Assembly: GCA_002269645.1 (NCBI GenBank)
Contig: NIVC01002405.1
Coordinates: forward strand, 62,001 to 126,000
Direction: 5' to 3'
DNA length: 64,000 bases
Source: Macrostomum lignano
Taxonomy: Eukaryota
In this document: piece by piece, positions 38,830-52,055 of the stretch
Layout of the letters: every line of letters starts with the position of its first letter
Numbering within the stretch: the first letter of the stretch is position 1
Position numbers and translations under genes: made by a program
The notes under the pieces: model-generated
What the model was told of the DNA's origin: nothing
Seen by the model: only the letters and a program-made list of their open reading frames with translations
Databases searched by the model: none

Positions 38830-39120
38830 GCAGAGGGAGAGATTAGACAGAGGGAGAGAGGTTAGGCAGAGGGAGAGAGGGATAGGCAGAGGGAGAGAGG
38901 TTAGGCGGAGGGAGAGAGGTTAGGCAGAGGGAGAGAGGTTAGGCGGAGGGAGAGAGGTTACTCGTAGGCGGAGGGAGAGAGGTTAGGCAGAGGAAGAGAG
39001 GTTAGGCAGAGGGAGAGAGGTTAGGCAGAGGGAGAGAGGTTAGGCAGAGGGAGAGAGGTTAGGCGGAGGGAGAGAGGTTAGGCAGAGGGAGAGAGGTTAG
39101 GCAGAGGGAGAGAGAGAGAG
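38830..39120. repeat. 19-bp minisatellite (GGTTAGGCAGAGGGAGAGA)
   Basis: Tandem copies. Confidence 0.93.
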
Positions 39121-39899
39121 ATTAAGCAGAGGGAGTGAAACAGATTAGCGGGATATGGGTCACAGAGGCGAGGTCACTGCTGTGAATACCCATGAGTCAT
39201 GTTACCTGCATTGATGCGGAATGTCTATGGCCCAACCATCGCTTTCTCAAAGCAAATACGCAAAGCAGAGTTCACAACAGAGAAGCAAAGGATTCGAATG
39301 AGATGAGCATGCAGGGAGGCGGAAAGGAAGAAAGGGACGGCTGGGAAACAGAAGACAAAGCACATGGACATCTATCTGGTAGGTGAGATAATTTACCAAT
39401 TAGGGCAGCCTGTAGTAAAAAAGTGAAATTGAATTATCCATATCGGAACAGCTCAGGCCGGTGTGTGTTCTAATTTGGATCAAGTTACCGACAGGGCTAG
39501 AAAAAACTGTCTTAGGGCATAATTCCCTCAATTTAACTGCGGTCAGGCAGGCAGGCAGGCGGTCACAAAGACTGCATCGAGAGAGCGAAATGACAGACAT
39601 AATGTGAGAAACCCAACACCTTGGCGGGGTCATCATTTGGCACCTGGGAATCCGATAGCTGAGGGGGCATGAATTAAGGCAGCTGCCGTTCATTAGTGAC
39701 GTCATGGCTATGTTTATCAAGCAAATTTGCATTTCATTTATCATTTAAGACCGATAGAAACTCGATCTGCAAGTGTGCTGGGCACTGCTGAGTGCTGACC
39801 CCGGCACCCCAGCATGCCAGTTCACTAGCAATTTCATTTTCAGTTCAGATCTCGAACCCGAGCAAGAAACCCGCGATAAAACTGCTGCAAAACAGTAGC

Positions 39900-40240
39900 G
39901 GAACTGGCGCTAACAACTTATTTGAACTGGCGCCAACAACTCATCAGAACTGGCGCCAACAACTCATTTGAACTGGCGCCAACAACTCATCAGAACTGGC
40001 GCCAACAACTCATCAGAACTGGCGCCAACAACTCATCAGAACTGGCGCCAACAACTCATCAGAACTGGCGCCAACAACTCATCAGAACTGGCGCCAACAA
40101 CTCATCAGAACTGGCGCCAACAACTCATTTGAAGTGGCGCCAACAACTCATCAGAACTGGCGCCAACAACTCATCAGAACTGGCGCCAACAACTCATCAG
40201 AACAGGCGCCAACAACTCATTTGAACTGGCGCCAACAAAT
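39900..40240. repeat. 23-bp minisatellite (AACTGGCGCCAACAACTCATCAG)
   Basis: About 14 tandem copies with GGCGCC core. Confidence 0.95.
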
Positions 40241-40868
40241 AAGCAAAATTGGCAGTCCAAAATCTGAAAAGGTTGAGTTGAACTGTGAGCTGAGAAAGTC
40301 CCAAAAATATTGAATGGAGCCCGTAGCCGTTGTTGCATTTCGAGAAGTCACTAAAAGAAAATTCAAACCATCAATCTCTTGTGCGACTAAACTTGAATTT
40401 TGAATTTAGATTGTCCACAAATGCAGAACCCGTGTCACAAAATTGGAACGAGACGGAAACTGATCCCAACTTTCATTCATTCACCATCCATTTTATGCCG
40501 TGTCTGAGAGAAAAAATTAATTTATGATGAACGAACTAAGGAGCCATCCGAACTTTCATCATCAACTCTTTTTTGGTTTCAATCAAAGCAGCAAAGTAGC
40601 TCGTAGACGCACTGAAAAGTGGTTCGGATTTTTTTCGAGTTTCGCTACTTTTCTCCGTTGAAATTGCAATCCCGTTTTAACCGGGGGAGGCTGAGGCTCC
40701 AGCCTCCAGTCTAGACTGCGCGATCGGAAAGTAGGTCAATTCGGAGTCGAATCGAGTTCCTTTCGAGTTTTTGGAATTGGATTAGAATGGCTTGTTTGAC
40801 TGTGGCTGAGTTGCGCTGTAGTGGCATGGCCAAGCCAGAGAGTTCTTCTGGGGAGGATATCTGGACGG

Positions 40869-41722
40869 GTGGGGCTGGCTGAATTGAGGGGATGGCGCTG
40901 TGAATTGAGGGGATGGCACTGTGAATTGAGGGGATGGCGCTGTGAATTGAGAGGATGGCGCTGTGAATTGAGAGGATGGCGCTGTGAATTGAGGGGATGG
41001 CGCTGTGAATTGAGGGGATGGCACTGTGAATTGAGAGGATGGCGCTGTGAATTGAGGGGATGGCGCTGTGAATTGAGGGGATGGCGCTGTGAATTGAGGG
41101 ATGGCGCTGTGAATTGAGGGGATGGCGCTGTGAATTGAGGGGATGGCGCTGTGAATTGAGGGGATGGCGCTGTGAATTGAGGGGATGGCACTGTGAATTG
41201 AGGGATGGCGCTGTGAATTGAGGGGATGGCGCTGTGAATTGAGGGGATGGCGCTGTGAATTGAGGGGATGGCGCTGTGAATTGAGGGGATGGCACTGTGA
41301 ATTGAGGGGATGGCGCTGTGAATTGAGGGGATGGCGCTGTGAATTGAGGGGATGGCGCTGTGAATTGAGGGGATGGCACTGTGAATTGAGAGGATGGCGC
41401 TGTGAATTGAGGGGATGGCGCTGTGAATTGAGGGGATGGCGCTGTGAATTGAGGGATGGCGCTGTGAATTGAGGGGATGGCGCTGTGAATTGAGGGGATG
41501 GCGCTGTGAATTGAGGGGATGGCGCTGTGAATTGAGGGGATGGCGCTGTGAATTGAGGGGATGGCGCTGTGAATTGAGGGGATGGCGCTGTGAATTGAGG
41601 GGATGGCGCTGTGAATTGAGGGATGGCGCTGTGAATTGAGGGATGGCGCTGTGAATTGAGGGGATGGCGCTGTGAATTGAGGGGATGGCGCTGTGAATTG
41701 AGGGGATGGCGCTGTGAATTGA
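40869..41722. repeat. 21-bp minisatellite (GCTGTGAATTGAGGGGATGGC)
   Basis: About 40 tandem copies. Confidence 0.97.
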
Positions 41723-43490
41723 GGTGATGGTGCTGTGACTTGAGGCGTGAGGCGTGAATTGAGTGAACATTGTATTGTAGAAGAATATAGACCAAGGCCA
41801 GCAAAGAATCCGGAACTCCCTGGGCAAATGGTTTTTTCTTTTTTAAGTTCTCCAGTCCTGCTGCTATTTTGGGGCTCTGGTAAACCGAATTGGGGACAAG
41901 CCCCAGCGTGACCTGCTTACTGCACCATCTGCAGACCGGCTCTCCCGCTCGGCTCCGCACTGCTAAATAAAAGGATAAATCCCCGATCCCTCTTACCCTG
42001 CTTGTTTTTATTTTCAAAAGCAGACTAAAGAGACTTTGATGCTACAGCCTGTCGAGTCACAGGCTGGCAGGGCCGCCGCCCGCATCTCCCATGGCGTCGG
42101 TTGGGGGCGGTGGGGGCCGGGGCCCCGCAGCTCCCAACCCCCCCCCCCTGGTCGGGACATCTGTCTCGCTATAGACGCTTGGGGGGTGGGGGTCACCCGC
42201 AGCCAACCCCAGCTCGGGTCCTGGAGCGCCCACCACCCCCTCTCTGCCCCCCACTTCAGTATAATCAGTATAAGATCCGCCCTACCCCGCCCGCCGCTCC
42301 AGAACCAGAAGTAGGATTGAGGAGAGGCTACAAGTAGAAAAATAAGCACGCGAGCGGGCCAGTCCCCAGTAGTCAGCTAGAGGTCTTTGTCTTATAAATA
42401 TTCCAGAACAAAGCAGTCAAACGACTAAGACTTCTTCTGCCTTTGATAAAGCCTAAGCCGCTCCTACACTCAGTTTGACAATTCGGTAAGTTTTACAATG
42501 CATTTTTCTGCTTTTTTCAGAATTTAGCTGGCTAGGTTCTAGGTAGCATTAAGCTGTAAGACTGAGTTGCCTGCGTCGTATCGTGTTCAGAAACTGCAGG
42601 GATAGATAATAAAGACTTTGGGTACAAAGACCCAAAACACCCAACTTAATGGACTGCATGATGCCTATGAACTGCCGCAGTCTCTTGGGGCGACATCTGG
42701 CCCCTGGGTTCAAACTCGTAATGATTTATACCCCCAGTGTTAAACCTCCACCTCCCATCAGTGCCTTGGGGCTGTTTTTACGAAGATGGGAGGGACTCTA
42801 AAGAGGCTGTGGCCCAGTTAAGAGTTTGATGGAGATCCCAGGTGGAGATAAAGGAAGAACTGGAACTGCGAGTGGCGGGGCACTTTGCTAGAAATGGGAG
42901 TCTGGAGCGAGTATCTCGCCACAGCCATCTAAAGAAAGCCTCTGGACCCGAAACTGCAACTGCAATACCTGTGCTGCGTGGACCCTGGGAAATCTCCTCT
43001 GTCTAATACAGATAATTTACAACTCCGGCAGGCCCGGTTCCGCCTGGATACAAGATAACTAAGGCGCCACCGCAATCCCCTGATTGCTAAGCGGGGATTC
43101 TGTTTTGTTTTGTTTTGTGTAAGCAACAAAATTACCCCCCTCCTCATCACTAACTCGAATCCCTTGGGGGGGAGGTGCTTGCAGCGGAACTGGCAAGGGG
43201 TGATTAAATCAAAGCCGGGGATTTTACCCACGCCAGACCGGCTGCGCAACCTGCAGATCCCTTCAGGGAGTCGGGAATGAAGTTTGACAACACGGGGGAC
43301 AGCGTGTCCCAGCGGGGGCTCCGGGGATTTGGGGGTAACCGGGCGGACCAGGTAATCAGTAATCACTTCACAACTATCTTCTTATTGCTGTGCCCGTGGC
43401 CAGCTGGTTGCGTAAGAAGTTCTTTGTGCAGATTTTGGGGGCGACTCCAGGCTGCAGGAAGCGTGGCATGGCTGAGACTTTCGTCTCTTA

Positions 43491-43745
<255 letters not shown>

Positions 43746-44409
43746 TTACTCCAGTCTGTTCTCGCAGATCTTGACCATGACGCCTCATTGAGAGACAAAG
43801 GAAAATGATGGTACGAGTATTGCGGAAGTCGCTGTGACCACAGAGCTGCTTCAATATGGGCGGAAGTCAGCGAAGCGAGCAGACACTCCGGGTGGTAACT
43901 GTATGGGTGACAGCGCAGAGACAAGGAGGGAGATACTCGCCCCGTCCTGCTCAATCCTTGCGCTCTTGACTCGATTCGCATTCACGCCTGAGAGATGAAT
44001 TATTCATGAAGGCTGCGGGGATTCCTTGGCCAAGCTCGCGCCCAACACCCTCAGAGGATTTCAATTAAATGGGGACGCGGCTCGTTGACGAGCTCGAAGT
44101 GTATTAAAATCATTTGAAAATATGCCTTTGCTCAGGATTCTATAGTTAGAGAAGAGAAGTAAGGTGCGAGATTGGCGGCGCGGCTTAAAATTTTAGTTGC
44201 TAGGGCAGGTAATTAATGCATGCGGGCGGGTAATTATGAGGCGTTAACAGTTGTTTATTAGATCGATCGGATTAGCCTCGATAGTTGTCATGACTGTAGA
44301 TTTACTGCCTGTATTGCTGTAAAGACTCTGTCTTACAGCCTGAGGCACGCGAACCTATATTATATAGGCAGAAAAGCTTGAGTCTTCTCTGCTTGCAATG
44401 ACCCCTACC

Positions 44410-45225
44410 CCTATCTGGTACAGAGTCAGGTTCTATCTGGTACAGAGTCAGGTTCTATCTGGTACAGAGAGTCAGGTTCTATCTGGTACAGAGTCAGGTT
44501 CTATCTGGTACAGAGTCAGGTTCTATCTGGTACAGAGTCAGGTTCTATCTGGTACACAGAGTCAGGTTCTATCTGGTACAGAGAGTCAGGCTCTATCTGG
44601 TACAGAGAGTCAGGTTCTATCTGGTACAGAGTCAGGTTCTATCTGGTACAGAGTCAGGTTCTATCTGGTACAGAGTCAGGTTCTATCTGGTACAGAGAGT
44701 CAGGTTCTATCTGGTACAGAGAGTCAGGCTCTATCTGGTACAGAGAGTCAGGTTCTATCTGGTACAGAGTCAGGTTCTATCTGGTACAGAGAGTCAGGTT
44801 CTATCTGGTACAGAGAGTCAGGTTCTATCTGGTACAGAGAGTCAGGTTCTATCTGGTACAGAGTCAGGTTCTATCTGGTACAGAGAGTCAGGTTCTATCT
44901 GGTACAGAGAGTCAGGTTCTATCTGGTACAGAGAGTCAGGTTCTATCTGGTACAGAGAGTCAGGTTCTATCTGGTACAGAGTCAGGTTCTATCTGGTACA
45001 GAGAGTCAGGTTCTATCTGGTACAGAGAGTCAGGTTCTATCTGGTACAGAGTCAGGTTCTATCTGGTACAGAGAGTCAGGTTCTATCTGGTACAGAGAGT
45101 CAGGTTCTATCTGGTACAGAGAGTCAGGTTCTATCTGGTACAGAGAGTCAGGTTCTATCTGGTACAGAGAGTCAGGTTCTATCTGGTACAGAGAGTCAGG
45201 TTCTATCTGGTACAGAGTCAGGTCT
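44410..45225. repeat. 22/24-bp minisatellite (TCTGGTACAG[AG]AGTCAGGTTCTA)
   Basis: Tandem copies of two length variants. Confidence 0.96.
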
Positions 45226-45313
45226 TATCTTGTCGGGACATGATTTACCAAAATAGTAAAAAGCTTCGCCTCCTGTCCTGACTCCTAAACGATTCGCTCA
45301 GATCTTCGCCACC

Positions 45314-46485
45314 ATGACAATTGACGCATCAAGGATTCCCGTCTACCGTCGGCCATCTCGACGTCAGCTAATGAAGACGCTGCGCAAGCTGAAGAACATG
45401 CTGCCGCCAGTCTCATCCAACTCGGTGAGCTCAGCTGCTCAAAGTAGCATTTGATATTCTAAAACATTAATAGATTCGTTACTCTGCAAACCATCCTATC
45501 TCTTCAATTCCAGGAGCCCGGTGGCGACACCACCGAGGACGTCGCCGACTTTCTGGAGCGTCTGGTGGACTTTTGCGTCTCACCTGACTGCGCGATGGCG
45601 CCTGAGAGCGGTGAGGGGCAGGGAGAGAAGGGTGAAGGAACTGAGCAGAGGGGAGAGACAGGCGGGGAGGGAAGGGGGACAGGTGGGGAGGGAAGGGAGA
45701 CAGGTAGGGATGGAAGGGAGACAGGCAGGGAGGGAAGGGAGACAGGCGGGGAGGGAAGGGGGACAGGCGGGGAGGGAAGGGGGACAGGCGGGGAGGGAAG
45801 GGAGACAGGTGGGGATGGAAGGGAGACAGGCAGGGAGGGAAGGGAGACAGGCGGGGAGGGAAGGGAGACAGGCAGGGAGGGAAGGGAGACAGGTGGGGAT
45901 GGAAGGGAGACAGGCAGGGAGGGAAGGGAGACAGGCGGGGAGGGAAGGGGGACAGGCGGGGAGGGAAGGGAGACAGGCGGGGAGGGAAGGGAGACAGGCA
46001 GGGAGGGAAGGGAGACAGGCAGGGAGGGAAGGGAGACAGGCGGGGAGGGAAGGGGGACAGGCGGGGAGGGAAGGGAGACAGGCGGGGAGGGAAGGGAGAC
46101 AGGCAGGGAGGGAAGGGAGACAAGCGGGGAGGGAAGGGAGACAGGCAGGGAGGGAAGGGAGACAGGCGGGGAGGGAAGGGGGACAGGCGGGGAGGGAAGG
46201 GAGACAGGCAGGGAGGGAAGGGAGACAAGCGGGGAGGGAAGGGAGACAGGCGGGGAGGGAAGGGAGACAGGCGGAAGGCAGAGAATTAATCAGTGCAAGC
46301 AGACTTAAATGGAACAAGTCTATCGCAATATTTCAGTTCCAGCACTGCAAGAGCAGCGGCAGCCCGACAGTCAGGACTCGGAGTCAGCGGTGCCGCAGGC
46401 GGACGAGCTGACCTGCGTGTCATCTGCTGCCGTCAGCGACTTGACTGAGCTGCTCTGCGACCTGGGGCCGGTGCGACTGGGCTGA
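45314..46485 (+). CDS. Small (116 aa) Id/extramacrochaetae-like HLH protein, putative
   Basis: GCCACCATG start; exons 45314-45424, 45514-45610, 46343-46485 with GT-AG introns and consistent phases (0,1). LMKTLRKLKNMLP..VADFLERLVDFC resembles the emc/Id helices (EMKMYLSKLKDLVP..LEIIQHVIDYI). Absent from the ORF track because each exon is short. Confidence 0.6.
45650..46270. repeat. 21-bp purine-rich minisatellite (GGGAGACAGGCGGGGAGGGAA) in intron 2 of the HLH gene
   Basis: Tandem copies filling intron 45611-46342. Confidence 0.95.
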
Positions 46486-46511
46486 TCTGCCTTCGTCCTT
46501 CGATGAAATCA

Positions 46512-46640
46512 TTTACCAGCTTCTGACATTATCTATACGAGTGTCTGACAATATTTACCAGCTTCTGACATAATCTATACGAGTGTCTGACAATATTTAC
46601 CAGCTTCTGACATTGTCTATACGAGTGTCTGACAATATTT
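46512..46640. repeat. 42-bp unit x3 (ATTTACCAGCTTCTGACATWATCTATACGAGTGTCTGACAAT)
   Basis: Three near-identical tandem copies in the 3' flank of the HLH gene. Confidence 0.9.
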
Positions 46641-47029
46641 AGGGTCTATGTGTGTTTTTGTGGGTTAATGTGTGAAATAATGGGACAATTTTATATTTTT
46701 TTCAATGATTCATGCCATGCACTGTACACATTTGCTGTTCAACTTGCATGAGAATTAGCACAAATTACTTCAAATTTGGTTTTGTAAATATTGGTAAGCA
46801 GCTCTGTTAACGGCTGGCAATTTAAATTTGTTATTAGCTCATTTTGTTTTTTGTTTTAATCTGGCCAATGAGGCTGGAAACCAACCCGATTGTAAACACA
46901 AATTATAAACTGCTTTTATTTTTGCTAAACAACTCGAAGCATCTAAAAGGTCTTCCGCATTTTCGCAGTTCTTTAACTACCGTGGTACATCTTTCACGTC
47001 TTTCAAGTTCTGTGACTGATGGAACTGGC

Positions 47030-47195
47030 GATCCCTGACACCCACTGGTCATCCCTGACACCCGCCTTGGCCATCCCTGACACCCACTGGTCATCCCTGA
47101 CACCCCGCCTTGGCCATCCCTGACATCCGCCTTGGCCATCCCTGACACCCACTTTGACAATCCCTGACACCCACTTTGACAATCCCTGACACCCC
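47030..47195. repeat. ~20-bp minisatellite (CATCCCTGACACCC core)
   Basis: Tandem imperfect copies. Confidence 0.85.
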
Positions 47196-47289
47196 ACTGT
47201 ACACGTGTTTGATTCAGCTGGTTTAGTCTGAGGCTGCTTCGGACTTCATCAAACTGAAGTTTAGAAAACGCTACCGAGACCTGTGAGAA

Positions 47290-47425
47290 GAGGGGAGAGG
47301 AGAAAGCTGAGAAGAGAGCAAGCCAGATTGATATTGTGAAGTTTCAAAGGACCCGAGGGCCCCCGGATAGAGAGGCTAACGTGGCCGCATGTGGCCCGTG
47401 GGTCGGAGGTTGCCGACCCAGCTGA
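47290..47425 (+). mobile_element. 3' fragment of hAT/Charlie-like MITE
   Basis: Similar to 50990-51089 and ends GGTTGCCGACCC. Confidence 0.7.
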
Positions 47426-48784
47426 TTTAGATTAAGCGAACAGGCGGTTTGGAAAATAAAAACTCGAAAGAACACAGCATATAATAAAGAGTTGGGACGA
47501 TCCCGCATTGAAATCACAATCTCCTAGGGAAAATATCCCCCCTCGATATTCGTAGCCGGGGATCAAGAGCATAGAGACGGTGGAATATGTTGAATTGTCA
47601 CGCGCCCTAATCATATTTCTGTTGCCAGCGCCTGGGCGTATCCAAGGCTTAAACAGCCCCCCCACCCCCAGTTAGAGTAGGGAGCTTACGGACAAGGAGA
47701 TCGAATCCAACCATTCTGGTGATTAAAATTAATGGAATTTATGGTACGAAAAGGCTTTTTTGAACTTGGCTGTTGCCATTTCTCTTGTCTTACAGGAACA
47801 GCATAAAATGACTCAATTTATTTGTCTACAGATCGAACGCCTCTCGAGGTAAACATTTTGAATATGCGTATAAAATCTCTAAATATGGGAAGCGATCGGT
47901 TCAAGAACATGATAATTGCAAGAAAAGACAGTCATCGGGGTGATGATGGAATGTTTGAAAGACTGGCTGAGGATGTCCAGCAGTTGAGGCCTGATCAGCG
48001 AAACTAGAGAAATTCGCAACAGGGGTGTCCATAGTCACCTGGTGCCACCTGTTGAAGGTCCAGAAGCTCCGCCTGGGTGAAGACCAGTGACCAACGAAGT
48101 CAATTTTGCATAAAATGCTCAAAAATCATGTCTTTGAACTTTCCTAGAAAATATTGAACTCTTGGTGCTCAATTAGAGAATTCCGCACAGACCGCAAGGC
48201 TCCTCTGCCTGGCTTGCCAAGCTGTTTCTTTGAAAAGAAAAGCATAATCTTGGGCATAATTTTTGTAGGGATTGTCACTTTCATGTCTCCCGTGTTCCCT
48301 GGCCTGGGCTCCGGCTCTCCTGGAGCACGTATCACGGATCGACCCCGCTCTCAAGCTTGTTGCTAAGCGATATTGTTCGCGTGATCTGTCCTCGGGATCG
48401 AATATTTTTTGAGCCGATCTCAATCAAACACTTGACCTCCCCCCGGGCGGCAGATGGCGGCTCGCCATGGATGAGGTTGCCATGGCGCTCGGGGATCGGC
48501 TCGAACCCCCGGCCTGCACGCGCCGCCCGCATGGTCAGCGCAGAAAAGCTGACAGCCTGACAGCCTGACAGCCTGACAGACAGCCTCCTCCGCGCCAGCC
48601 ATTCCGTGTTTGCTTTGGCCGGGATCTGCGACCCATGCTGGAGCTGCTCACTTTTTTTTCAGAGACAAAGTGGCTCGAGGGTTTTCGTTTTTGATTGAAA
48701 AATGAAAATAGTTTTCCATTTTGAAATCATCGTTAATTACGTAGCCTTCTGCCCAAAATGTTGGCTCTACATGTAGTACATGTA

Positions 48785-48940
48785 CAGCGCATTTGACACT
48801 CTACATGTCTAATTTGACAGCGCATTTGACACTCTACATGTCTAATTTGACAGCGCATTTGACACTCTACATGTCTAATTTGACAGCGCATTTCACACTC
48901 TACATGTCTAATTTGACAGCGCATTTCCCACTCTACATGT
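48785..48940. repeat. 33-bp minisatellite x~5 (GACAGCGCATTTGACACTCTACATGTCTAATTT)
   Basis: Tandem copies. Confidence 0.9.
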
Positions 48941-49282
48941 CTGAATAGAGAGAGGAGCCAAACTCCACAAGTTACATTGAAGTTTTCACTCTTCACTGTA
49001 CAATTCAGCTTGTAAACTAAATTTACGCAATAAACATTTTGTTTAAGTAGATCTATATATAACTGTAGACTTCACTTACTACTTGCGTGAGTAGCAATGC
49101 ACGCTAGTAGTTGCAGTTATAACGTAGAATGTTAGGGAAATGATAAAAACATGGCGCAGAGAACGGCAATTCGATTTTGGTTTTGGAAGCCAGTCGAAAA
49201 TGAGTAAAAAAAAAAAGTGCTTTGAGTAAATAATTTGAGATCCTAAATCCTTTTTAAGTCTCCTCAGCTGCCCAGACGCTTC

Positions 49283-51410
49283 TCAGAGTCGCAAGTCCAG
49301 CATCTCCTGCGGCGAATCCGCCAGCGTCTCCCGCCGACGCGCCAGGCCTTCAAGGAGGCGCCGCCGCGGCCCCAGCGGCAGACCGAGGCTCTGCAGGTCC
49401 GGCTCGGAGCACAGGGCGAGCCCGTCCAGATCCAGGTGCTCGCGGGTCAGCAGGTGGTGGTAGTCGGCCAGGCCCAGGCACTCCAGGAACGTCTCCAGCG
49501 TCGACGGCTCCCCGTCAATGTCGTCTCCGTCGCCGAAATTCTCGAGGCCATCCATATCGTAGTCCGGCGCCAGCGTGGTGACGTCCGCCTCCGTCCACTG
49601 CATGTCGCGCCAGGGCTGCAGCACCAGGCTGGCCGAGGTGCCGATGGACTCCCGGCCGAGAGTCCGGTTGGGCGACGCCGGCGGAGGGAACAGCAGCTGC
49701 AGCGACTGGGGCAGCTGCGGCGAGTTCGGCGAGTTTGGAAACTGCGGCGAGTGCGGCGAGTGCGACGGGTGCGGATTCAACGAATTCGGCGACTGCGGCG
49801 ACTGCGGCTGCGGTGGTTGCAGGAAGGCGACGTTACCGAAGCCGGGCCGCTCGAAGAGGCCGGGGACGCCGCGCGGAGGCTCCGCCGCTGCCCCTGCTGC
49901 CGACGCTGCCGCGGAAGCTGAGGCGAGCGAGCGGCCGTCGGCCGAGCGGGCGTACATGATGTCCGCCTCGGGCATCGGGCTGCGCTGCAACTTCGGATTC
50001 GGCGACGTGGCCGACGAGAAAAATGCCCCGCCACCGGTTGCCGCAGCTCCGGACGGCGAGGGCGACCCGGCGACGATGTTGGAGTAGGGTCTCGCCGTCT
50101 GGTTGGTCCGCTCCAGCACCACGCTGACACCGTCGGCAACGGCGGAGGTCGATGCGGACCCCTGCGCGTGCCGGTAGTTGGGGTTGGTCGCCGACGGGTG
50201 CAGGTCGCAGGCGTCGCTGCTCTCCCTCGCAGCCCGCCGGTCGGCCTTCTTCATCAGCTTGTCCCGCTTCTTAGCTCGGCGCTGCGCCTCCAAGACGGCC
50301 TTCTCGCGCATCTTCGCCACCGTCCGCTTGTTCACCTCGGCCTGGCGGCCCGCCACGTCGTCCAGGAAGTCGACAATGTCGCGGTGCTCGTTCAGCGCTG
50401 CAAGGTCAAGCGCCGAGTGGAGATCGACGTCCAGCGTCCAGATGTTGGCGCCAAAGTTGACCAGGTAGGTGACGCAGTTCATGCGGCCGTTGAGGGCTGC
50501 AAAGTGCAGCGCCGTGCTGCCCATGTGATCTGCGCGGTCGGGGTCCGCGCTGTCAAAGAGGGCGATGGTAAAATTTGGTGATTTGCTTTGTCGAAGTTAG
50601 CATCTAGACAAGGGTCGGCAAACTTTTTCAACGTAAGGGTCAGATATAAAATCTAGCGCATGACTGCGGGCCAGAGAGTGAGGAGAGTAGAGAAGAGAGG
50701 AGATAAGAGAGGAGATAAGAGAGGAGATAAGAGAGGAGCGTGGAGATGAGAGGAGAGGGAAGAGAAGGGAGGCGTGGGGAGAGGGGAGAGAGGGAAGATG
50801 AGGGGAGAAAGGAGAGAAGAAAGAGGAGAGGGGAGAGAGGAAGGGGGAGAGGAGGGAAGGAATAGGAGAGGGGATATGTGGGGAGAGAAGATAGGCCAGA
50901 TGAGAGATGAGAGATGAGAGATGGGAGGGTAGATGAGTGGAGAGAAGAGAGGAGGGATAGGAGACCTGAGAAGAGACACAAACCTTGAGCGGGCCAGATT
51001 GCTATTGTAAAGTTTCATGGACCTGAGGGCTGGATAGAGAGGCTTCGCGAGCCGCATGTGGCCCGCGGGCCGGAGTTTGCCGACCCCTAATCTAGGGACA
51101 CACGGAAAGACATCTACTCGTGGAGACACGAAGAAATAAAAAAACGCAGAAAAATTGACAGACGCAGCACCCATAGAGACCCTCTCTGGGTCTAGAAACA
51201 CAGAGTGACATTCTGTAGACTCAATCGTCAGCCTCACCCGCGACCCATGAGGACTCGCAGTGCCTCCAGGTGACCATAGAACGCTGCCCACATCACCGGC
51301 GTCATGCCGTTATCGTCTACCGCGTCGCATTCGCTTCGGGTGGCCTCCCGCAGCAGGTCCAAATAGTTGTCCTTGGCTGCCTGGTGGAAGCGCTCCTTGT
51401 GGCGGGTCAT
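49283..51410 (-). CDS. USH1G: SANS/USH1G (ANKS4B family): ankyrin repeats, central Myo7-binding region, SAM domain; 479 aa
   Basis: Exons 51410-51238 and 50549-49283 with a phase-2 intron in GRG|G as I recall for human USH1G. Motifs: ERFHQAAKDNYLDLLREAT..GMTPVMWAAFYGHLE, LVNFGANIWTLD, central LFERPGFGNVAF, SAM LETFLECLGL..EHLDLDGLALCSEPDLQSLGLPLGPRRRLL. Confidence 0.93.
50609..51089 (+). mobile_element. hAT/Charlie-like MITE in USH1G intron
   Basis: Ends CAAGGGTCGGCAAACT and AGTTTGCCGACCCCTA; GGCCCGCGGGCC subterminal palindrome; flanks ATCTAGAC/ATCTAGGG resemble the NTCTAGAN Charlie target; internal purine-rich expansion. Confidence 0.8.
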
Positions 51411-51464
51411 CCCGCCGGCTTAACAGAAATTGCACGACCCGTGGACGGAAAACGACAGCGTGGT

Positions 51465-52055
51465 TGCTGCGGAGTGGGGTGGTTGCTGCGGAGTGGGGTG
51501 GTTGCTGCGGAGTGGGGTGGTTGCTGCGGAGTGGGATGGTTGCTGCGGAGTGGGATGGTTGCTGCGGAGTGGGGTGTTTGTTGCGGAGTGGGGTGGTTGT
51601 TGCGGAGTGGGGTGGTTACTGAGGAGTGGGGTGGTTGTTGCGGAGTGGTGTGGTTGTTGCGGAGTGGGGTGGTTACTGAGGAGTGGGGTGGTTACTGAGG
51701 AGTGGGGTGGTTGTTGCGGAGTGGGGTGTTTGTTGCGGAGTGGGGTGGTTACTGAGGAGTGGGGTGGTTACTGAGGAGTGGGGTGGTTGTTGCGGAGTGG
51801 TGTGGTTGTTGCGGAGTGGGGTGGTTACTGAGGAGTGGGGTGGTTACTGAGGAGTGGGGTGGTTGTTGCGGAGTGGGGTGTTTGTTGCGGAGTGGGGTGG
51901 TTACTGAGGAGTGGGGTGGTTACTGAGGAGTGGGGTGGTTGTTGCGGAGTGGGGTGGTTGTTGCGGAGTGGGTGGTTGTTTCGGAGTGGGGTGGTTGTTT
52001 CGGAGTGGGGTGGTTATTGAGGAGTGGGGTGGTTGCTGCGGAGTGGGGTGGTTTC
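51465..52055. repeat. 19-bp minisatellite (GGTTGYTGCGGAGTGGGGT)
   Basis: Tandem copies about 55 bp upstream of the USH1G ATG. Confidence 0.95.

Noticed and set aside
40686-40716. 8-bp stem hairpin followed by CTAG (Helitron 3' end?)
   Set aside because: The spacing to CTAG is only 3 nt, and no 5' TC terminus or Rep/helicase remnant was seen.
41830-43400. Possible LTR or LINE fragment (RFRLDTR resembles CR1 RT end)
   Set aside because: One short motif only; no TG..CA LTR pair, PBS/PPT or RT motifs found.
43755-43800. CAGATCTTGACCATGAC resembles the HLH gene start CAGATCTTCGCCACCATGAC
   Set aside because: The downstream sequence gives no HLH-like translation, so this is probably chance.
47760-48600. 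Possible transposase remnant (DRFPYL..KCLP; PTKIMPKIMLFF)
   Set aside because: The similarity to the hAT C-terminus is too weak and fragmented to call.
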